Shown here piece after piece: positions 7,602 to 12,717 of a stretch of DNA of 12,717 nt. The notes under the pieces were generated by a model. It was not told the DNA's origin. It saw nothing but the letters and a program-made list of their open reading frames with translations, and made no database searches. Every line of letters begins with the position of its first letter. Position 1 is the first letter of the stretch. Source of the stretch: Octopus sinensis (taxonomy: Eukaryota); NCBI RefSeq assembly GCF_006345805.1, contig NW_021826530.1, forward strand, positions 1 to 12,717. Direction: 5' to 3'. The position numbers and the translations under genes are program-made.

Positions 7602-8113
7602 TCTATATATATAAAACTCTAGTTGTGTGAGTGTCTGTCCCCTTCGATTTAGATTCCTAACTCCTCCCACATTTTGCGGTGCAGTTGAACCAAATTCGGG
7701 TATCTTATAGTCGTGATTCATATCGAGCCCGTCTGACTATTAGCGCGCGTCAACGATGAGTCTACGATTTTAAAAATAATTTAACATCATTTTTTATTCC
7801 ATTTTAATGCATAAAATGGATCGTGTGTCGATGGCGGCGGAGTTGGCGTCCACGCTCACAGCTGCACCTGTTTGCTTCTCCCCCTTCCCTCCCTCGTGAA
7901 GCTGTGGGGAAGGGAGTTTAAGGAAATCAACGTCGTAATGCGTTGTCAAGGAAACCAGCGTTCTTTTAGAACAACGACTTCGTGGCTTGAAGACACCAAA
8001 ATAAAAATGGCTAAGAAAGCCGGAATTGGCATCTATAAAGGAAGTAACTCTCTAAAAATGCTTATATAGTTATTTCCCTTACAAACCCGAGCAACGCCGG
8101 GCGATACTGCTAG
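7602..8113 (+). mobile_element. Non-autonomous Helitron 2 (512 bp)
   Basis: A|TCTATATATATAAAA 5' end; 3' end cccgagcaacgccgggcgatactgCTAG|T. Confidence 0.9.
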
Positions 8114-8409
8114 TATATATATAAAAGTGAAGTGGTGTGTCTTTCTCCTACGATTTAGATTCCTAACTACTCCCACATTTTGCGGTGCAGTTTAACCAAA
8201 ACCGGGTATCTTATAGTCGTGATTCATATCGAGCCCTTCTGGGTATTAGCACGCGTCTACGATGAGTCTACGATTTAAAAAAAAATTTACCATAATTTTT
8301 TCCCATTTTTAATGCATTTTTTGCTATTATATAAGGGAAGTAACTCTCTAAAAATGCTTATATAGTTATTTCCCTTACAAACCCGAGCAACGCCGGGCGA
8401 TACTGCTAG
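8114..8409 (+). mobile_element. Non-autonomous Helitron 3 (296 bp), head-to-tail with Helitron 2
   Basis: Same body and identical 3' terminus as Helitron 2; starts TATATATATAAAA without the TC; lacks the ~220-bp internal segment. Confidence 0.9.
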
Positions 8410-8435
8410 TATATATATATATAACGCCAACTTTG

Positions 8436-8492
8436 TAATTCGAAGAATACAGATCCAGTCCATCACTGGAACTGTAAAGATCTGTAAAACTT
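8436..8492 (+). mobile_element. 57-bp fragment of the R4/Dong-type LINE
   Basis: 52/57 identical to 11046-11102; reads IRRIQIQSITGTVKICKT. Confidence 0.8.
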
Positions 8493-8624
8493 TACTGGCA
8501 ACTTTTGTGTCTTCCCAAATATATATGAATCTTAAATGTGTGAAAAGCATACTCCAAATGTGCGTGTATGTATGTGCGTGCATGTGTGCGTCTGTGTGTG
8601 TGTGCGTTTGTGCGTGTGTTTGAG

Positions 8625-8829
8625 AGCAAGTGTTAGCACGCCGGATAAAATTCTTAGCAGCATTTCATCCGTCTCTACATTCTGAGTGGCTCATATCCCA
8701 CCGAGTTCGATTTCGCATTTTATCTTTCGGGGGGGTCGATGAAGTAACTACCAGATGAGCAGTGGGGTCGATGTCCTCAACTAGTCCCCTCCCATAAAAG
8801 GTCCAGGGCTTGTGCCTATAAGGGAAAGA

Positions 8830-8830
<1 letters not shown>
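8625..8830 (+). mobile_element. SINE family A, diverged
   Basis: gttagcacgccggataaaattcttagcagc...tttcggggggggtcgat...tggggtcgat...cttgtgcctataagggaaagaa aligns with 8990-9185. Confidence 0.8.
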
Positions 8831-8890
<60 letters not shown>

Positions 8891-8906
8891 TTATTATTAT
8901 TATTTC

Positions 8907-8949
<43 letters not shown>

Positions 8950-8972
8950 TATTAATTATTATTATTATTATT
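8831..8972. repeat. Compound (CTA)20/(TTA)n microsatellite at a SINE tail
   Basis: (CTA) 8831-8890, then imperfect (TTA)n. Confidence 0.95.
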
Positions 8973-9185
8973 AAGGCAGCGAGCTGAAAGAATTGTTAGC
9001 ACACCGGGTGAAATTCTTAGCAGTATTTCGTTAGCTGCTGCGTTATGAGTTCAAATTCCGCCGAGGTCCACTTTGCCTTTCATCCTTTCGGGGTCGATAA
9101 CTTAAATACCAGTTGCATACTGGTGTCGATGTAATCGACTAAGTCCTCTCCCAAATTCGAGGCTTTGTGCTTATAGTAGAAAGGA
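8973..9185 (+). mobile_element. SINE family A, full length
   Basis: Head aaggcagcgagctg, GAGTTCAAATTCC, body ctttgcctttcatcctttcggggtcgataa (resembles my recollection of the Meta-SINE central domain; unverified), followed by (TTA)n. Confidence 0.9.
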
Positions 9186-9220
9186 TTATTATTATTGTTA
9201 TTAAGACATTATTGTTATTA

Positions 9221-9580
9221 AGACATGGTTCCGGGTTCAGTCCCACTGCGTGGCATCTTGGGCAAGTATCTTCTGTTATAGCCCCGGGCCGACCAATGCC
9301 TTGTGAGTGGATTTGGTAGACGGAAACTGAAAGAAGCCCGTCGTATATATGTATATATATATGCGTGTGTGTGTTTGCGTGTCTGTGTTTGTCCCCCTAG
9401 CATTGCTTGACAACCGATGCTGGTGTGTTTACGTCCCCGTCATTTAGCAGTTCGGCAAAAGAGACCGATAGAATAAGTACTGGGCTTACAAAGAATAAGT
9501 TCCGGGGTCGAGTTGCTCGACTAAAGACGGTGCTCCAGCATGGCCGCAGTCAAATGACTGAAGCATGTAAAAGAGTAAAA
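9221..9580 (+). mobile_element. SINE family B, 5'-truncated
   Basis: Aligns with 5017-5350 from acatggttccgggttcag onward. Confidence 0.92.
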
Positions 9581-9587
9581 GAGAGAG

Positions 9588-9730
9588 AGAGCTAGCAGAG
9601 TCGTTGCTGCAGCGGGTAAAATGCTCAGCGGTATTTCGTGTCGGTTTTATATATTCTGGGCTGAAATTCCACCGAGATCGACTAAGCGTCTCATCCTTTC
9701 GATTCAACGATACAAGTTCCAGATGGGTAC
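9588..9730 (+). mobile_element. SINE family A, old diverged 5' part
   Basis: gagctagcagagtcgtt...aaaatgctcagcggtatttcg...gaaattccaccgagatcgact...tcatcctttcg. Confidence 0.7.
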
Positions 9731-10030
9731 TGGATGGAAGCACTCCGTCGGTTACGACGACGAGGGTTCCGGTTGATCCGAATCAACGGAACAGCCTGCT
9801 CGTGAAATTAACGTGTAAGTGGCTGAGCACTCCACAGACACGTGTACCCTTAACGTAGTTCTCGGGGATATTCAGCGTGACACAGCGAGTGACAAGGCCG
9901 GCCCCTTGAAATACAGGTACAACAGAAACAGGAAGTAAGAGTGAGAGAAAGTTGTGGTGAAAGAGTACAGCAGGGATCACCACCATCCCCTGCCGGAGCC
10001 TCATGAAGCTTTAGGTGTTTTCGCTCAATA
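9731..10030 (-). mobile_element. SINE family D, 3' part (head missing)
   Basis: 9925-10030 matches 6615-6721; extends ~200 bp further toward the element 3' end. Confidence 0.85.
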
Positions 10031-10139
10031 GGGGCGATGCAAAGCTCCATTTCCGGAATGTAGATAACGAAAACGATGTCACGTTTTAAACCCGAGAAAA
10101 AGTCTTGTAGAGTTTTACTGTTCCGCTTACAGATTGTCG

Positions 10140-10332
10140 TTGTGTTTGTGTTTGCTGCTTCGCCGCCGCACCGCTTGATAACCGGGGTTGGATTGTTTAC
10201 GTCCCCTACGTAGCGGTTCGGTAAAAGAGAACAATAGAAATGTGTATCAAGCTTAGGAAAAAAGTAAGTAATGGGGTCGATTCGTCCAACTAAAGCCGCT
10301 CAAGGCGGTGCCCCAGCATGGCTACACTCAAA
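10140..10332 (+). mobile_element. SINE family B, diverged 3' half
   Basis: gcttgataaccgg...tgtttacgtccc...tggggtcgatt...cagcatggctacactcaaa. Confidence 0.85.
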
Positions 10333-10357
10333 ACATACATACATATACATACATACA

Positions 10358-10578
10358 AGGGTAAAGACCCCCTTCGGTCATGAATGGCCATAAGATTCAG
10401 GGGCGGACCCAAGGGAGGGATGGAATCTGAGGGGCACGTGCCCCTCTCAAGAAAAGAAGTGCACTCTTCTAAATAATGTCATTACGCCCTTTTCTCCTGG
10501 ATTTGTATTCCCTTCTAACCTTGTGCCCTTCCTTCGAAAAATTCCTGGGACCGGCCCTGTGATTGCACCTACAAAGTA
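10358..10578 (-). mobile_element. Family C SINE tail (~55 bp) split by a MITE
   Basis: ggtaaagacccccttcggtcatgaatggccataagatt [MITE] tgattgcacctacaaagta matches 4295-4346. Confidence 0.8.
10398..10559. mobile_element. 162-bp MITE with hAT-like termini
   Basis: TIRs CAGGGGCGGACCCAAG / revcomp CAGGGCCGGTCCCAGG (13/16). Interrupts a recognisable SINE tail with GATT on both sides. Confidence 0.75.
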
Positions 10579-11356
10579 GTACTATCTACCGATGAGACGG
10601 TACTATCTACCGATGAGACATGATGTTGTAGCTAGGACACTTTATGATGAAATCCGTCGGAAGGATAATCTCGAGGACAAAGAAATAAGACCCACAGTAT
10701 GGCAGATGCCATAGCCACTCATAATAAACAGGAATACTGGTGGAATGTCTCAGTGAAGACCTCAATAAAATGTAAGCACAACAGACCTGATATAATGATT
10801 TGGGATAGAGAAGAGAAACTGTGCACAGTTGTGGAAATTAGCTGTCCAGCGGATGTTAGCATAAAGCTGAAGATCAATGAAAAAGAAAATATCTACGCTG
10901 AACTATTGAGAAATCTGCAGTTATTCTGTCCAGATTACAAGTTCAGGTTTATACATGTAGTTATCGGGGGTCCTGGGATATATAACACACTGCCTAAAAA
11001 CCAATCTTGAGAAATTAGGCTTCTCAAAACCAGAAAGGAGAAAGCTAATTCGAAGACTACAGATCCAATCCATCACTGGAACTTTAAAAATCTATAAAAC
11101 TTCCCAGATGTTTATTATTTAAATATATATATGAGCATGTCTAGGTATGTAACTATATGCATGAGAATACATACATAAAGCATACAAATCTGCACATACA
11201 TACATACATACATACATACATACATACATACATCATACATACATCATACAAAAATATGTTGTTGATGTTGAAATTCCAATGAAGGAGCCTTGGATCTAGG
11301 TTAGAAATTGGCTTTCTCTATTGGCAAGAAATCTTGAAATAAAACTGAACAATGAC
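10579..11356 (+). mobile_element. 5'-truncated non-LTR retrotransposon, R4/Dong-like (restriction-like endonuclease end plus 3' UTR)
   Basis: Coding remnant, stop at 11120-11122, 3' UTR with (ACAT)n, AATAAA at 11338-11343, then ACAT repeats. Confidence 0.85.
10601..11122 (+). pseudogene. Restriction-like endonuclease (PD-(D/E)xK-type) domain pseudogene of a LINE
   Basis: YYLPMRHDVVARTLYDEIRRKD, frameshift, EYWWNVSVKT...NRPDIMIWDREEKLCTVVEISCP, frameshift, LGYITHCLKTNLEKLGF...IQSITGTLKI*. The Y..RHD.V and RPD...E motifs are typical of REL-encoding LINEs. Confidence 0.88.
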
Positions 11357-11389
11357 ATACATACAAAAATACATACATACATATGTATG

Positions 11390-11721
11390 TTTGAGTGTGG
11401 CCATGCTGTGGCACAGCCTTGAGGGATTTTGGTCGGACAAATCGACCCCATTACTTATTTCCTAAGCTTGGTTCATGTCTCTATCGGACTCTTTTATCGA
11501 ACCACTGCGTACGGGACGTAAACAACCGAAGGCCGGTTATCACGTGTTGCGGCGGTGAGGCAAACACAGACAGCCTTATTTTAGTTTCCGTTGGCCAAAT
11601 CCACTCATAAAGCTTTGGCTAACCACGAGCTATAATAGAAAACACTTGCCAAAGGTACCACACAATGGGACTAAACCCGGTTGCGAAACGAACTTCATAT
11701 CACACAACCACGCCCACGCCT
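11390..11721 (-). mobile_element. SINE family B, diverged near full length, internal microsatellite absent
   Basis: Reverse complement aligns across 4975-5330. Confidence 0.85.
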
Positions 11722-11837
11722 ATATATCAGGCATCTGAATGTCAAACTGTCTCAGGTAGTCTCGTCCAATCCATACCAGCTTGGAAAAGCAGAAATACTA
11801 TAATGATGATGGGGATGCAGAGACCTACAAATATACA

Positions 11838-11876
11838 TGCATACACACACACACACACACACACACAACACACACA

Positions 11877-11917
<41 letters not shown>
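11838..11917. repeat. (CA)n microsatellite
   Basis: Direct reading of the sequence. Confidence 0.95.
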
Positions 11918-11919
<2 letters not shown>

Positions 11920-12145
11920 GCCAGGGCGTGCAAAAGTTCCTGGTTTCTGGTAGAAAGAAAACATAAGAAGATCAGTTAATTATGATTTTATTCAACATAT
12001 TCCCCTCTCGGATTCACACTCTTATTGAAGCGGTCCTTCAGCTATATTTTTTCTAAGTCCTGTAAAGAGAACTTGGAAGGCTGGTCTTCCAACCAGGGCT
12101 TTCGTAACATCCTTTAAACCAGGAACTTTTCAGCACCACTTTGTA
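11920..12145 (-). mobile_element. Mariner-derived MITE
   Basis: Perfect 15-bp inverted core aaaagttcctggttt (11932-11946 / 12116-12130), TA at 12144-12145. Minus 12041-11988 reads LKDRFNKSVNPRGEYVE*, like a mariner C-terminus. Confidence 0.8.
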
Positions 12146-12152
12146 TTGTACA

Positions 12153-12647
12153 CTAGCAGCATAGCCGCATTGCCTGGGTATGTAAGAGCCCCTGGAGCAG
12201 GCATGATGCTCGCTGTGAATTTTAAAAAATTCCTGCCAATTTGAGAAAGATATTGTCGAAAATATGTCATCTTGAATTTGAACGCGATTTCCCAAAATGG
12301 CATGATTTTATCAATTTTTCTGATGGTAAGGTATTGCATGGAAACTAACGTCAGAATTAAGTTTCTTAGGGTAACATTAAGCTTCACACATGAGTTGTGT
12401 GAAAATCGATTGCAAGTTGCGAAAACTACAACAGAAAATGTGTTGCAAATAAAAAGCTTAGATTCTTGACCCATGTCGAATTTTTTAAGTTTTTCAGAAC
12501 TGGGGAACTTTTCAAAATTTCGCCTGCGTTAGTTTTGAATTATGACATTGGGCTATGTGTGTGTCAAGTTTCATCAGAATCGGTTGAAAGCCGTGGTCAG
12601 GGTGAGGGTAACCTGACAGACAAACAAACTGCCGTTTATTAGAGAGA
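12153..12647 (-). mobile_element. Non-autonomous Helitron 4 (495 bp, decayed)
   Basis: Minus strand A|TCTCTCTAATAAACGGCAGTTTGTTTGTC ... acccaggcaatgcggctatgctgCTAG|T, a degenerate version of the 3' end of Helitrons 1-3. Confidence 0.8.
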
Positions 12648-12717
12648 TTAACATGAATACTAGTCACAGTGACTTCGACGTCCGATGATGGTTTTGCAGT
12701 CGAATCTTTGAAGTCGG

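Noticed and set aside
10699-11010. 103-aa ORF as a functional nuclease gene
   Set aside because: It is bounded by frameshifts on both sides within a truncated LINE lacking reverse transcriptase.
11270-11330. Hairpin plus GAAA in the LINE 3' UTR as a ribozyme
   Set aside because: The preceding sequence is CCAATGAA, not CUGANGA, and there is no NUH or stem I. At most an ordinary 3' UTR stem-loop.
12520-12580. Minus-strand CTGATGA (12577-12571) with a later GAAA
   Set aside because: Lies inside the Helitron 4 body and has no supporting stems.
12668-12717. gacttcga/ttgaagtc inverted pair around CCGATGA...GAAT
   Set aside because: Two core positions deviate from a hammerhead and the window ends here; not interpretable.

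Overview
Eukaryotic non-genic DNA that is AT-rich, microsatellite-rich and almost entirely made of transposable-element debris. The repeat families look like those I recall from octopus/coleoid cephalopod genomes; that assignment is recognition from memory, not a database result. No intact host gene is visible. Contents: (1) four tRNA-type SINE families in many copies, labelled A-D here, including a six-unit ~184-bp SINE tandem array inserted antisense inside an older SINE; (2) three candidate minimal type I hammerhead ribozyme motifs of the Penelope-associated kind within ~850 bp (3298-4130), plus a half motif at 6523; (3) four non-autonomous Helitrons, two of them head-to-tail; (4) an internally deleted mariner and a mariner MITE; (5) a nest at 10140-11721 in which an inverted SINE pair brackets a SINE tail, a hAT-like MITE and a 5'-truncated R4/Dong-type LINE. 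Apart from the mariner and LINE pseudogene frames, the ORF track is repeat artefact. Repeat boundaries were read by eye and may be off by a few bases.
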